Shown here in pieces: positions 1-11,773 of a stretch of 64,000 bases of DNA. Location: NCBI RefSeq assembly GCF_006345805.1, contig NC_042998.1:101494001-101558000 (forward strand), read 5' to 3'. A model generated the notes under the pieces. It had not been told where the DNA came from and ran no database searches. It saw nothing but the letters and a program-made list of their open reading frames with translations. Source of the stretch: Octopus sinensis (taxonomy: Eukaryota). Each line of letters starts with the position of its first letter. The stretch's first letter is position 1. The translations under genes and the position numbers were made by a program.

Positions 1-222
1 CTTCAAACCGGCATACATCCCACGGGTGTCGCCACTGTCAGCAGCTGACTGGATACTCTGACAGATTTCCTGCCAGTACCTATTTGCACAGCGTCTGGCT
101 GTCAGTTGCGTTTTATTTCGTGCCTTTCTGAGTTCTTCGAGTGACTTTGTAGAAGAGTCACTCTTGTATTGCATCAGAGCTGCACGCTTTGCTTCGATAA
201 CTGGCTCCAGCTCTGAACTTTG
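1..222 (-). mobile_element. RTE (BovB-like) LINE fragment, EN-RT linker; runs off the window start
   Basis: Hand translation of the minus strand gives an open frame QSSELEPVIEAKRAALMQYKSDSSTKSLEELRKARNKTQLTARRCANRYWQEICQSIQSAADSGDTRGMYAGLK, typical of RTE-clade ORFs. Confidence 0.8.
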
Positions 223-224
223 AA

Positions 225-700
225 CTTTTAAACCCAAACCAAACGATAACAATGGAGATCTACTGCGAGCAGCTTGAGCGGCTTAAGTCAGTACTAGAAG
301 AAAAACGACCTTCTTTGGTTTGAAGACGAAAGGTGTTCTTCCATCGGCCACATACAGCGAGGCTGACATTCCAAAGGCTGGAGCAGTTTCAGTGGGAAAA
401 CGATGCCCCACCAATCATATTGCCGTACATTGCCCCGTCTGATTATCATTTATTCCGCAATCTTCAAAATCGTTTGGACGGAAAAAATATGAATTTTGTA
501 GACGAGCTCAAAATTAGAGGAGTATTTTTCGTTACGGAATTTTGGAAGAAGGGGGGGGGGCTTACAAATCTACCAGATAGATGGAAGAGCAATGTAGAAA
601 AATGAAGGAGAGTATATTTTAGATTAAAGAAGAACTTTATCTTAATTTTGAAAAATAAAAGAAGTATAACAAAAACCGCATTGTTTATGTGATGGACCAT
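225..700 (+). mobile_element. Decayed mariner transposase 3' half with right TIR
   Basis: YCEQLERLKSVLEEKRP...RPHTA...IAPSDYHLFRNLQN...LPDRW (ORF 333..605 and adjacent frames) with stops and frameshifts; TIR-like AAAACCGCATTGTTTATGTGATGGACCATA near 672-701. Confidence 0.85.
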
Positions 701-975
701 AAAGCTGTCTCTGGGATATTCCGTCAACAGTGACATATAGGGAAAAATAGGGAAAAATGAGAATGGTGTATATTAATAAGATATAGAGGAAGAGAGTAAA
801 ACCTGAGTAAAGGATATTCATTTGAAGAATTACTGACCACTGTTTCTGCTAAAGATGAACAAAATTACCTCCAGACACAGGAAGATATCAATTTCAACTT
901 GGCTACAATTATTTTACTGAAGTATTTGGTCGTAGCGTCCCTGATCCACAGAATAATTATACTATAGTGTGGTTG

Positions 976-1042
<67 letters not shown>

Positions 1043-1046
<4 letters not shown>

Positions 1047-1470
1047 TTTAGATATAGTAGGCCCCTTCATCCCACCATATAAAAGAATTTTAATTTAAAT
1101 ACTTACTACTTTATAACTTGGCTACACGTGTTTCTTGAGGTACATTTCCCGGTTCCTTAACCACGCCGTGTTTTGCTGGAACCATTCTTAAAATATAACC
1201 CCCATCATCAGGTCTCTATATCACTTTCTCATAGTTTGATACTATAAACTATATTTTAATTTTTTAAACAAGTAAGTATGTGTAAAATAGGTTTGCCGGA
1301 CCCTACTGCCCAAGATATAATTTAATTCAAATAAAAAAATGCAAAAATAAAATAAAAAATAAAGATAAAGGGCCTACTATCTCTACATGAAAATATATAT
1401 TTCCTCATTGTGAATAATTTGAACCCCTGTTAGGCCGGAATTTTTATTCCCTAACAAATAAAATTAAATA
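1043..1470 (-). mobile_element. Short Penelope-like terminal fragment: inverted repeat enclosing a degenerate hammerhead
   Basis: Inverted repeat 1043-1064 / 1370-1391 (20/22 match). Minus strand CTGATGA...long stem...GAAAC ACGT GTA at about 1120-1212. Flanked by (TA)n on both sides. Confidence 0.55.
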
Positions 1471-1601
1471 TATATATATATATATATATAAATAATATAT
1501 AAGTATATGCATATATACATACAATATAATTACATGCACATATAAATATATACATGTAATTTTTGAATCGCAATTGCTATATATATCTCCATATTCTATT
1601 C

Positions 1602-1634
<33 letters not shown>

Positions 1635-1675
1635 ATACATACATAAATAAATGCATACATACATACATACATACA

Positions 1676-1709
<34 letters not shown>

Positions 1710-1711
<2 letters not shown>

Positions 1712-1920
1712 GTAAATCGAAGAAGAACGAAAATGAAACACAAAAAAGCAGCAACGTGAGGACGTTGGACATGTAAAGTATTAGCAGACTCTCAGGGAAG
1801 GAAAGAAAGGTGGCTTAACGTTTCGAGCAAAGCTCGTCTTCAGAAACAGAGAAAAGTCCAATAGAAAAGGAGGACGGAGGAAAAGAAAATCGCAACGATT
1901 CACATGTGGTTACATTTTGA
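1710..1920 (-). mobile_element. Short HHR-bearing Penelope-like repeat, same family as 48780-48985
   Basis: Shares GCTCGAAACGTTAA, CCTGAG and CTAATAC in the same order with 48780-48985; flanked by TA/CATA microsatellites. Confidence 0.55.
1813..1847 (-). ncRNA. Minimal type-I hammerhead ribozyme motif (Penelope-type)
   Basis: Minus strand gttt-CTGAAGA-c-gagc-ttt-gctc-GAAAC-GTT-aagc: intact core, 4-bp stem II, palindromic AACGTT stem III, 4-bp stem I with one G-U pair. Confidence 0.65.
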
Positions 1921-4299
1921 AATATATATATATGCACATATAAATATTTATGTATGTATGTAAAAGTATACGTACTTTGTAAACAAATGTACAATCTAGA
2001 TACACACATACACACATGCATACACGCGAGCTCACACAAACACACACACGCACACACACACATCATGCTGAATTCATAAGTACTGGGTTGTTGAAAAGTA
2101 TTAAAATCGATATTTAGTTTTGTGATCAAAATATAGAGAAGACAAGAAAAGACAATAAGAATTTAGATACAATTACATACAAAACTATAATGTCTAATGT
2201 AATAGATTGTCTTGACGTTTTAAGCGAGCCATATACGTTATGACAATGCTGAGCGTCAACGTTAAGTGATCCTTGTCGTCAGTAACGAATATTATGGCTT
2301 CGCGTTTTGCACTTTTGTTTGTTTCTCAGAGTGAAATGGCATGACAGATTGTTATAGTGTTATATGTATAAACATTTGAGTGTTTTAAATATAAAAACAT
2401 TAATGTGAATCGACTATTTGTACTATTATCATTTTAATATTACTGAACTCGTGACAGATCTGAGCCCGTGACTATAATACATAAAATCACTAGAAAATAA
2501 CTTTCAACTAGCAAGCGACCAGGAAACTATCCTTTTCGTAAAACATAAATTATTCAAATGACATCTACACAAAAGGGAAGAACCGGGTGTTAGCAGCTGT
2601 TTGAGAATTTTATTACTAATATTCAATACAACAGATGTATTAAAATAAAACTATCACGTTATTCCTGTTATAAATCTTATAGTATTTATGATTTTTCGGA
2701 AAATATTTACATAATATATTATAGAAGTATTTAGGGATAATTGTTCTCACATTCAGATGGAAGAAAACAGTAATCTCAACCTCTTCCGCTTTTCTCTCTA
2801 TGAGAATTGATATTAATATTTTTATATAATTCATATAATTCTTAATACTTTTGCGTTTTTGTGAATCATCATCAACGGCCGTTTTGTTGAAAGAACATAA
2901 ATTAAATGAAATAAGCACAAAGCAGCAGTTTTCAGTAAAATATTCGTGACGTTTGGCGTGTGGTCTGAAGCAATATTCATATATTGTAACTTTCAAATGG
3001 CAAATAAAGATAATATTGAGCGTATTTCATAATACTTGATAAATATTTATTTATCTTGGGTTTCATGCAATATGAAGTCAACATTTTTGTGTGTGTGTGT
3101 GTGTCTTTGTGTGTGTGTGTGTGTGTGTGTGAGTGTGTGCGTTTGTGTTCGTGTCTCTGTGTGTGTGCATCTCTGTTGAAATGTATTTTAAATGTAACCC
3201 TACCAAAGGAAACCAAACACACAAATACAAAAACAGATGTATAAATATCAACTTTCTGAATAACTGAAGGTGTTAAAAGTTTATGACAATATGTGTTTCA
3301 TCATTAACAATCACACACCTTTATAAGAACTAGAATATAAATTATTCTGAAAATAGATTTAATTTGTATTAGAAAGTTTTTCATTCTTAGCTGAATAGAA
3401 GAATCTTTTATTAGGTTGTTGATCCTGTGCGCCATATTCTGGAAACGTTGACAATTTAAAGTCATCCTGAGCCATTTTTAGACTGGTTGTTTAGACTAAG
3501 GTCAGTTCCGACTTAGAAACTTTAATCAAAACATGTCAACCCTGACCAATCTATCAATTATTTAAAGACCGTGATTTGATGAGAAATTTTATCTGCACTT
3601 TCAAGCAGGCCCAGGGATTTGCAGAGATTTCCACGATGGATCGTTTACATTTCGTCTTTTACACTTTTTCTAGTTTCAGCCATGCGGCTGTGATCATGCT
3701 AGAGCACCACGTTGAATTATATTCTATGTTTTCGAGTCTCTCATATGCTACAGTTTGTTTTAGATCTCGGTAAAGACGCTGTGTCTGCTAGATGACAATC
3801 GTTTCAGCAAAATTTGTAAGACAAGACATACACATTATTATTCTCTTCCCAGCAGCTCTCACCTAAATAATATCAGATCTTCTTATGTTCATCTAGACTA
3901 CAAATATGTTCCATTAATAGAAAGTTAGATTCAGCAAAACAGACCGCATTTTCTTGTCTCTCTTGAGAGTTATCCCAATTTGTATGCTTAAATACTACCT
4001 ATGAGATTAGATACGTGCAGCTTGTATATGAATGAGGAAGTAAAGATAGACTGATATACACAGTGAGAAATACATACATAGAGAGAGAAAGGAGAGCGAA
4101 AGAGGGAGAGAGAGAGAATGGGAGACAGATGCATAAACGATGAGAGAAAAGAACGATATAGGAAGAATAAGAGAATATGGTGTTTAGAGTAATGGGGGAA
4201 GTGAGAGAAAGTGTAAGACTGAGAGAGAGAAAAGCGTGAAAACCGCACACACACACACACAAACACGCACATACACACATATATGTATATGCATATATC

Positions 4300-4470
4300 G
4301 ATATAGATATATATGTATATATGTATATACACGTATACATACATACATACATAAATACATACATACATACATACATGTATACATACATACATAATACATA
4401 CATACATACATACATACATACATACATACATACATACATACATACATACATACATACATACATACATAGA
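4300..4470. repeat. (CATA)n / (TA)n microsatellite, representative of dozens of TA, CA, CATA, TATC and GA tracts
   Basis: Direct reading. Similar tracts at e.g. 19195-19347 (TATC), 19718-19880 (GTAT), 39079-39165, 47870-48020 (TA), 55978-56070 (TATC). Confidence 0.95.
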
Positions 4471-4692
4471 TGCAAACATATATATATGTACATGTATAAG
4501 AGTTTTAATTTTAGCAATGTTAAATTAAAAGCTCAGAAAAAACAAGGATTTACCGATGAAAGAACCCAATAATATAGAGTTAAACTTCTACAGATATTGG
4601 GTTGGTTAATGCTTCAAACTTCAGTTATATTGGGTTACTCAACCAAATAAATAAGTCAATAAATGCGAAATGTAATGTGTGTATGCGCGCGT

Positions 4693-4731
<39 letters not shown>

Positions 4732-5689
4732 TACACACACACACACACAAGTATATACTTATGTATATTTGTGTGTGAGTTCGTTTCTATGTGTGTGTAG
4801 GAGTATGTGTATATCTGTCTCTCTATATAATTATCTAGTTATCTAGTTAGGATCAGTGAAAGTGAAAACAAGAAAGACAGATATTTTGAGTAAATAAAAT
4901 GGTAGGGAAAGATTTTGAGTACTATTGAGGGAATGAACTTGATAAAATTAGATTTAAAAAAAATGATATAAGATAGTTTCTAAAACTTCGTTCCAAGAAT
5001 TTAAAAAAAATATTGAAATGGTATAAGAAAAATCTCACAAAAATAATGTAATTACTATAAAGACATATACAACACAACCGCCACTAAGAAAACATACAAA
5101 TACAGGAATATAGAAATATAATACAAAATATTAAATGTATTAACGAACATTCCTATTCCTACAAACATAACATAATAAACTAACTCCACATGAGAGAACA
5201 AAGTCAAACAAAACTCAATACATTCTATATCGTATAAAGAGGCAATTTCAGTTTCCTGGGCAATGTATATGAATTGCCGCAATCAATATTTTATTAAATG
5301 TGCGCGTGACAGAATAGAAACCTGAATGATATCTAATATCACCCGATGGGGTGTATCTGAAATGGATCTTATCTAAAGGAATGAAAGAAATTGAGTGAAT
5401 AGACACGAAAGAATTGTTGCTCAGCAAACTAGATTTTATTATGAGGAAGTGAGAGAGAGAGAGAGAGCGCGAGAGAGAGAGGGAAGGAGAAGGAGAGATG
5501 GAGAGAGAGAGAGGGAGAAAGAAGGAGAGTGAGAGAGAGACAGAGAGAGGGGAAGGAGAGATACAGAGAGAGAGAGGGAGAGAAAAGAAGATAAGAGAGA
5601 AAGGTGGAGAAAAACGTTTAGAATTTAAACTTCTAGTAATTCCTGATACATGCATACATACATATATACATACATACATACATACATAA

Positions 5690-5990
5690 TTGAATATCTA
5701 TGGACAACTACATCGAATCTTGCAGCTCCTTTCCCCTGACTATACATTTATCCTAATAATCATAGGTACCCTGGGTTTTGTTAGTCAACGTAAAAATGTG
5801 AATCTGAAACAAGCAAAGAAAAAGACCGCCTAACACGAACTTAACCGACAGGGTCCGTTCATGAAACAGAAAAGATATGCATAACTGTCATGCAATTATC
5901 ATTGTTGTTGCCCGAATTCTATGATGAATCTTTTGACCCTTTGTTTTTTAATTAGAAACCAACTCTCTCCGTGAAATAATTCTAGTATAT
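5690..5990 (+). mobile_element. Degenerate R4/Dong-like LINE 3' end (RLE C-terminus + 3' UTR)
   Basis: Across frameshifts reads NIYGQLHRILQLLSPDYTF..IIIGTLGFVS, similar to the copy at 19881-20745; starts directly after (CATA)n. Confidence 0.55.
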
Positions 5991-6022
5991 GAAAAAGTTA
6001 AGGCTGATATGCATATCTACCT

Positions 6023-6870
6023 ATACAAGGTGTTCGGTCCAATCAAACGAATTTTTATGTTTCTTTTTTTTTTTTCAGGAACAGCAGAAGGACTTGTTGA
6101 GCACTCAACAATGTTAACGAGTATAAATATTAAAATTGTAGGCGAGTAAAAATTAGCTGACATAGTGCACTGGAAGCCATCTGAATATTGGAGCAGATTT
6201 ATCTATATCATAATGGTTCGAGCCGGCTATCAAAAATGTAGCGTCATGATTGCTGCTCAATGCTCTAAGAACAATGTAAATGCTGCAATACGTGACGTCG
6301 ACAGCCTCAACACGAAGACATGGCATTAGGAAAGCACACAAAAAGCGTCCTGACGATGGGTTCATAATGGAAATCGTCCCCACATTCTGAATAGGATTTT
6401 AGGAGTAATTGAGGGGGCGGTGTGAATTTGCTGGAGACTGTGGTCAATCTCTGGTTGGAGAGGGTTACTGCAGGAAGTCCCTATGAGTGGCAGCAGGATT
6501 CAGCTTTGGTATCATTTGATTCTTTCACCCGCACAATTTTAACTAAGGAAAAAAAAAACTCGGGTTTTTTGCGTGGAGTCAAGTACCCTGACCTTCTAAT
6601 ATGCTGCAAAACCTTTACTTTTGTTTGGAAAGGGGGTGCGGAAACCGGAACCCCTTTTTTCCGAGTTTGCTGCATATTAGGAGGTCATGGTACTTGATTC
6701 CACGCAAAAATCTGTTTTTTTTCTTAGTGAAAATCGTACGGGTGAAAGGATCAAAATTTACCTCAGCTTCTTGCTATATCACTGGAAAGTGGTTGTCAAA
6801 GAATTTCTACTTCACCAGCCCTAATTCCTGGCCTCCTAATTTCCCCAACTTTAAGCCCATGAATGAGACG
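6023..6870 (+). mobile_element. Decayed Tc1/mariner-superfamily transposase, interrupted by a MITE
   Basis: LETVVNLWLERVTAGSPYEWQQDSA | SCYITGKWLSKNFYFTSPNSWPPNFPNFKPM once 6508-6770 is removed; matches the QQD-AP / WPP-SPD-NP motifs. The 5' boundary is approximate. Confidence 0.75.
6508..6762. mobile_element. Foldback MITE, Merlin-like
   Basis: Imperfect inverted arms of about 100 bp with GGTA...TACC termini; flanking 8-mers TCAGCTTT (6500-6507) and TCAGCTTC (6763-6770). Confidence 0.75.
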
Positions 6871-7130
6871 CAGTTTAGAAAGCTGTCCAACGTTCTACTT
6901 GCGAGAAAAATGCCGATCTGGTAGTCAAGATCAACGTTGTCTTTGGAGATATTTCCAGAAACACAGTCAATAACGCAAGCACCAGATACTCGAGCTGTCT
7001 CGAAGCTAGGGGATGATATTCTGGGTAAACTATTATCATTACCCCTCACCCATAATCTAGTCGATATCTTTCATGTCTTAAAATACTCAGAATGACCACT
7101 GTTCAATGACTGTCACAAGTAAAAGATAAA

Positions 7131-7215
<85 letters not shown>

Positions 7216-8029
7216 GTATATATGGCTACCAACCGTGAAATATAAAAAAAAAACAATTCAGCTTATCGTATTTCGATACTAGAAAATTCACAACATTCCG
7301 CACCAGTAAACCGCTATTGTTCCTGGAAGCTGTTTTTCTATACAGATACAAATAAAATTATTATCTATTTTCAAACACAGAGACACAATTAGAACAGGAG
7401 AAATATTGGGTAAATTACCCTTACAAAGCGGAAAAATTTATCAACAAACGAACTCATATCTCTTGAAGGCACCGGCCAAGTATTTTACCATTATGCCAAA
7501 CTGCTCGCTGACAAGTCAATCCACTTCATAGACTCCTTGAAAGCTAAATGTACGACCACGTGCTTATATATATATAATTTAACATTTGTTTATATTTATA
7601 TACACGCTATTTTTTAATATTTTCTACCAATTGCTTGAAGATCACTTTCTTCCCTCACCTCTGTCCATAGCTCATACATTTATATATGTATATATGTGTA
7701 ATACATACATATATATATATATGTATGTGTGCGTGTGTGTGTGTGTGTGTGTACATATTTACTATGGCAGCCACTCGGAATCGAGGCTGATCTGGAAGCA
7801 AGCCCCACACTTCGTTGTTATACGGTTCTATGTACCTATGCAACCGCGAGCAGACATAGACACTTCTTGATCCCAATACTCCTGACCATACGGAACATTC
7901 AAAATCTGTGAGACAAAAGAGGGCTAACCTAGCCTTCGGGTGAGTCTTCCTGCAGCTGAATATGCTGGAACGACATAATGAAGTAATGTAAATTGCCCAA
8001 GCACACGGCGCAATCAGTCATCAGGTAGG

Positions 8030-8080
<51 letters not shown>

Positions 8081-8089
8081 ATATATATA

Positions 8090-8668
8090 GGGAGAATTCA
8101 CGCGTCTTCCAATTTCATGTTTTTGCATTACAGAACATTAGTATAACACTTACAAATTAGAAAATACGCAAAACTCAGAACATCTCAATGCGATACATAT
8201 ACACCTGAATACTTACAGACAAGCATTATGTTTCCGGTATTTGAGTAATATTGAGAATACAAACTATACTGTCTCCGCTTTTCTTTTAAACGTATAATTT
8301 TGGAAAGAATTTTTTGATGAAATGCAGTTCCATTGCTTTTCGGTATTGCGGATTGTCCCATGCACATTTGTAAGAGGAAAAAAATTGGAATTTTCCGTCG
8401 CTGTTTATTTGCAGATGCTTACTTAATGGAATCTTGCGTAATTCTTCTTGTCGGATATGTGGATTCTTGGCCGTTGGCAGAGTGAGTTATTTGTTTCGCC
8501 AATGTAATTTTCTTTGCAGCTTGGGCAGGTAATGCAGTATTTTGAATTTTGCAGTTCAGATCTGCATTTATGTTGAAAAGGGATCCTCTCCTGAATTTTA
8601 TGTGGGAACGATTTTCTAAGAATTTGAAGTTGTTGTTGCTGCATATGCCATCGCTCCACAATCTTTGC
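8090..8668 (-). mobile_element. Penelope-like element fragment (GIY-YIG endonuclease + 3' region)
   Basis: INADLNCKIQN / YCITCPSCKENYIGETNNSLCQRPRIH across ORFs 8419..8661 and 8423..8659; flanked by (TA)n. Confidence 0.8.
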
Positions 8669-8768
<100 letters not shown>

Positions 8769-9330
8769 CATATAGATGTATTTAATTTAATTTTATTTAT
8801 TTATTAAAAAAATTAATTTGTAACTATTATACAAATGTTTTTTAATGCAGAACTACATTTCATCAAAAAATTCTCTCCAAAGGAGACAGTACATTTTGTA
8901 TTCTAAATATAACTCAAAGAAGAGAAAAGGAATGAAAGGAGAAAGAAGAAGGAAAGTGAACAAAAGAAAGAGAAAAGAGGAAAAGGGACAAAGAGGAGGG
9001 AGAAAAAAGGAGAAGAGAGAAAGAAAGCAAAACGACTTTGATGACCACACCACACCTGATATTTTTTTGTCTTTTTGAAGAGATCACCATCCTTAAACCT
9101 ATTCCAATACAATGGTAATTGACTAAATAAATAAATGGATGAGGAATAGGAAGGGGGATCCCCCTTCTCTATCACCCTCTCTACCTGTCTGTCTGACTGT
9201 GCATGTATGTATGTATGTATGTATGTATGTATGTATGTATGTATCTATCTATCTATCTATCAGCCTATCTCCCTTCCTATATTTTTATCTATCTATATCC
9301 ATTGTATGGAACCTCACCCCAAAATACAAT

Positions 9331-9400
9331 GGCATATGGCGTAGTGGTTAAGAGCGCGGCTACTAACCCCAAGATTCCGAATTCGATTCCAGGCAGTGAC
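9331..9400 (+). mobile_element. tRNA-derived Pol III head (SINE-like)
   Basis: A-box TGGCGTAGTGG, anticodon-loop-like GGCTACTAACC, B-box-like AATTCGATTCC; no convincing acceptor stem. Confidence 0.75.
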
Positions 9401-9534
9401 CTGAATATAATGATGATAATAGCAACATCGAAAAACACCTGAATATAATGGTAATAATACCTGAATATAATGATAGTAATAGCAATATCGAAAAATACCT
9501 TAGGCATTAAAACCCAGGTTCGAAATTTCCCCAA

Positions 9535-9580
9535 GACACCTGATGAAGGCTGGAAGGTTTATCAGCCGAAACGTTGTGTT
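9535..9580 (+). ncRNA. Minimal type-I hammerhead ribozyme, intact core
   Basis: gacac-CTGATGA-a-ggctgg-aaggttta-tcagcc-GAAAC-GTT-gtgtt: stem I gacac/gtgtt, 6-bp stem II, palindromic AACGTT stem III, GUU cleavage triplet. Confidence 0.8.
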
Positions 9581-9726
9581 AACAACAAACAAGATGAGGA
9601 CAAATATCCGTCAATATTTGTAAATAATATGAAAAATAATGTTTTCTTCTTTATGTTCCTATAACCCGTGTTAATTCTGTAACCCTTTAAAATGGATGAT
9701 AAAAAAATTCATTTTCGGCACTTGAT

Positions 9727-10549
9727 GCTTTGGGAACCAGACAAAAATCACTGCATCTCGGCTGGGATGTTAGTTAGTTAGTTAGTTAGTTAATTTGGCT
9801 CAAAAGCAAATAGCAAGGCCATGTAGGCGGACATGGAGTTAAGTACAGGGTGGTGTTCATGTAAAGAGTTCAGGCCACTTGAGGTCAAGGGAGGCTTTGA
9901 ACAAAGCGGTCGTCGGCATCTTCACCATCTCGTCTGGCAGCTTGTTCCACGGATCCGCAACCCGGACGGAGAAAGCTCCTCTCCTTCGATTAAGATGAAA
10001 TCGTCGCAGGTAGAGCTTTTCGGAATGACCCCGCAGCCGACGCTCTGGAGCAGGAGTGAAGAACAGCTCTTTCGAGAGGTTAAACTTTCCGCTTATGATG
10101 TTGTGGGCGAGAATGAGATCACCACGGCGGCGGCGTCTTTCAAGAGAATAAAGGTCGAGCGTCCTCAGCCTTTCTTCATAGGACAAATTTTTGAGACCAT
10201 GAACCATGCGGGTAGCCAGCTTCTGGACTCTTTCGAGATGCTGTGGTGTATTACCCTACCCTCCATATTCACCAGATATTGCTCCTTCGGATTTTCACTT
10301 ATTTAGGTCTCTGCAGAATAGTCTTAATGGTAAAACTTACAATTCCTTGGATGGCGTAAAAAGATACCTTGATGATTTCTTTGCCATGAACCACCTCAGT
10401 TCTGGGAAGAGGGTATTTTCAAGTTAAAAGAAAGATGGAGACGCTTTGTGCAACAAAATGCTTCATATTTGGTTGATTAAAAATGCAATGGCAATTATTT
10501 ATTGACCGTTTTCTTTCCTTTAAAATTCGGCACGAACTTTCTGGAAAAC

Positions 10550-10555
<6 letters not shown>
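9727..10555 (+). mobile_element. Mariner 3' half with right TIR, split by a CR1 insertion
   Basis: TRQKSLHLGWDV (about 9736-9770) continues as LPYPPYSPDIAPSDFHLFRSLQNSLNGK after about 10245; TIR CGGCACGAACTTTCTGGAAAACCCAATA then TA. Confidence 0.85.
9770..10243 (-). mobile_element. CR1-group LINE 3' end with (TAAC)n tail
   Basis: HLERVQKLATRMVHGLKNLSYEERLRTLDLYSLERRRRRGDLI...RGHSEKL...FSVRVADPWNKLP (ORF 9857..10207), short 3' UTR, tandem TAAC tail. Confidence 0.9.
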
Positions 10556-10587
<32 letters not shown>

Positions 10588-10591
10588 TATA

Positions 10592-10622
<31 letters not shown>

Positions 10623-11558
10623 GATATATATATATATATGTATGCATGTATGCATGTATTTTGTTTTAGTGTAATATATGGATTCATAGAATTCTGTATC
10701 AATCACAGAAAGGTTCGGTAGTAGACCCAGCTATCATGGTACATAGTATTACAATATGGAGGCGTAGAATGCAGAGTTCCATGCAGCTGAAATCTAGGAG
10801 ATTCAAACGGTCCAAACGATTTTTTCATGAGGGGTATATACGTCATAGGATGTCACGATGTATGTCGGGTGAATACATTTATTTTACTACTTGGTATCTT
10901 TAGAATTACAACCGTTTCGAATTTTTTATCATGCAACAATATATTCTGTGTAACCGAAATGTTTTTGCTCTAATATGTATGCTACGTATTCTACTGTATT
11001 ATTGTTAATTTACAAATCAATGCAAATAAAGAAGAAAAGCTCTTCATCGTGGTTTATATTGATTTTTCAACTGAACCTGAAGCATTGGTGTCACCATACG
11101 TGCGTACATAATACATACATACATACATACATACATAAACCCGAAAACTCGTCTTAACTAAATATAAAGAATGCTGACAATAAATTTGTAAAATCTCAAG
11201 AGACCTCACAAATTAATGAAATTGCTGGTTTATATAAAATTCAATCACACACATACACAAAATACGTTCCTACATCGCTACATTATATGATTAATATCTT
11301 CACAAAACATCTGAAAGAAACAAAACAGAAAGAAAACCCCCCAAAATAGCTAGAATCTTCAGTATAGAGAAAGGATTGGCATCTTAATCCCACACGAAAC
11401 ATTTTATTACTTTAAAATATCACATTGAAAATAGTCCAGCTGCCTAGCTCTGTGATACTTAAATCTTTCAAAACAGGCACTAAAATAGAAAGTCAGTCTA
11501 TAACTAATCCTTACAAGAATTCTGAGGATATTGCTATTTCAATGTCCGATATTATTAA

Positions 11559-11773
11559 GGGAGCGAGCTGGCAGAATCGTTAGCACGCCTTGCGAAATGC
11601 TTAGTGGTATTTCGCCTGTCTTTGTGTTCTGAGTTCAAATTCCGCCGAGGTCGACTTTGCACTTCATCCTTTCAGGGTCGATAAATTAAGTACTAGTTGC
11701 GTACTGGGGTCGATATAATCGACTGGCCTCCTGCCTCCAAAATTTAGGGCCTTTTGCCTTGAGTAGAAAGAAT
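11559..11773 (+). mobile_element. tRNA-derived SINE, family A (monomer)
   Basis: Head GAGCTGGCAGAATCGTTAGC, B-box GAGTTCAAATTCC, core GTCGACTTTGC..TTCATCCTTTC.GGGTCGATAAATTAAGTAC; recurs many times in the window. Confidence 0.85.

Noticed and set aside
3988-4572. Long ORFs rich in MYVC, YIHT, IYIY or LSIY (also many others across the window)
   Set aside because: Translations of CATA, TA, CA and TATC microsatellites that lack stop codons; no coding signal.
9331-9400. Possible genuine tRNA gene
   Set aside because: No pairing acceptor stem, altered T-arm, no oligo-T terminator; better read as a SINE-like head.
9399-9500. Repeat-spacer-like ACCTGAATATAAT array (CRISPR-like)
   Set aside because: Spacers are copies of each other, the context is eukaryotic, and there are no cas genes; simple slippage duplication.
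9833-10306. 157-aa plus-strand ORF
   Set aside because: Antisense shadow of the CR1 ORF running into the mariner remnant.
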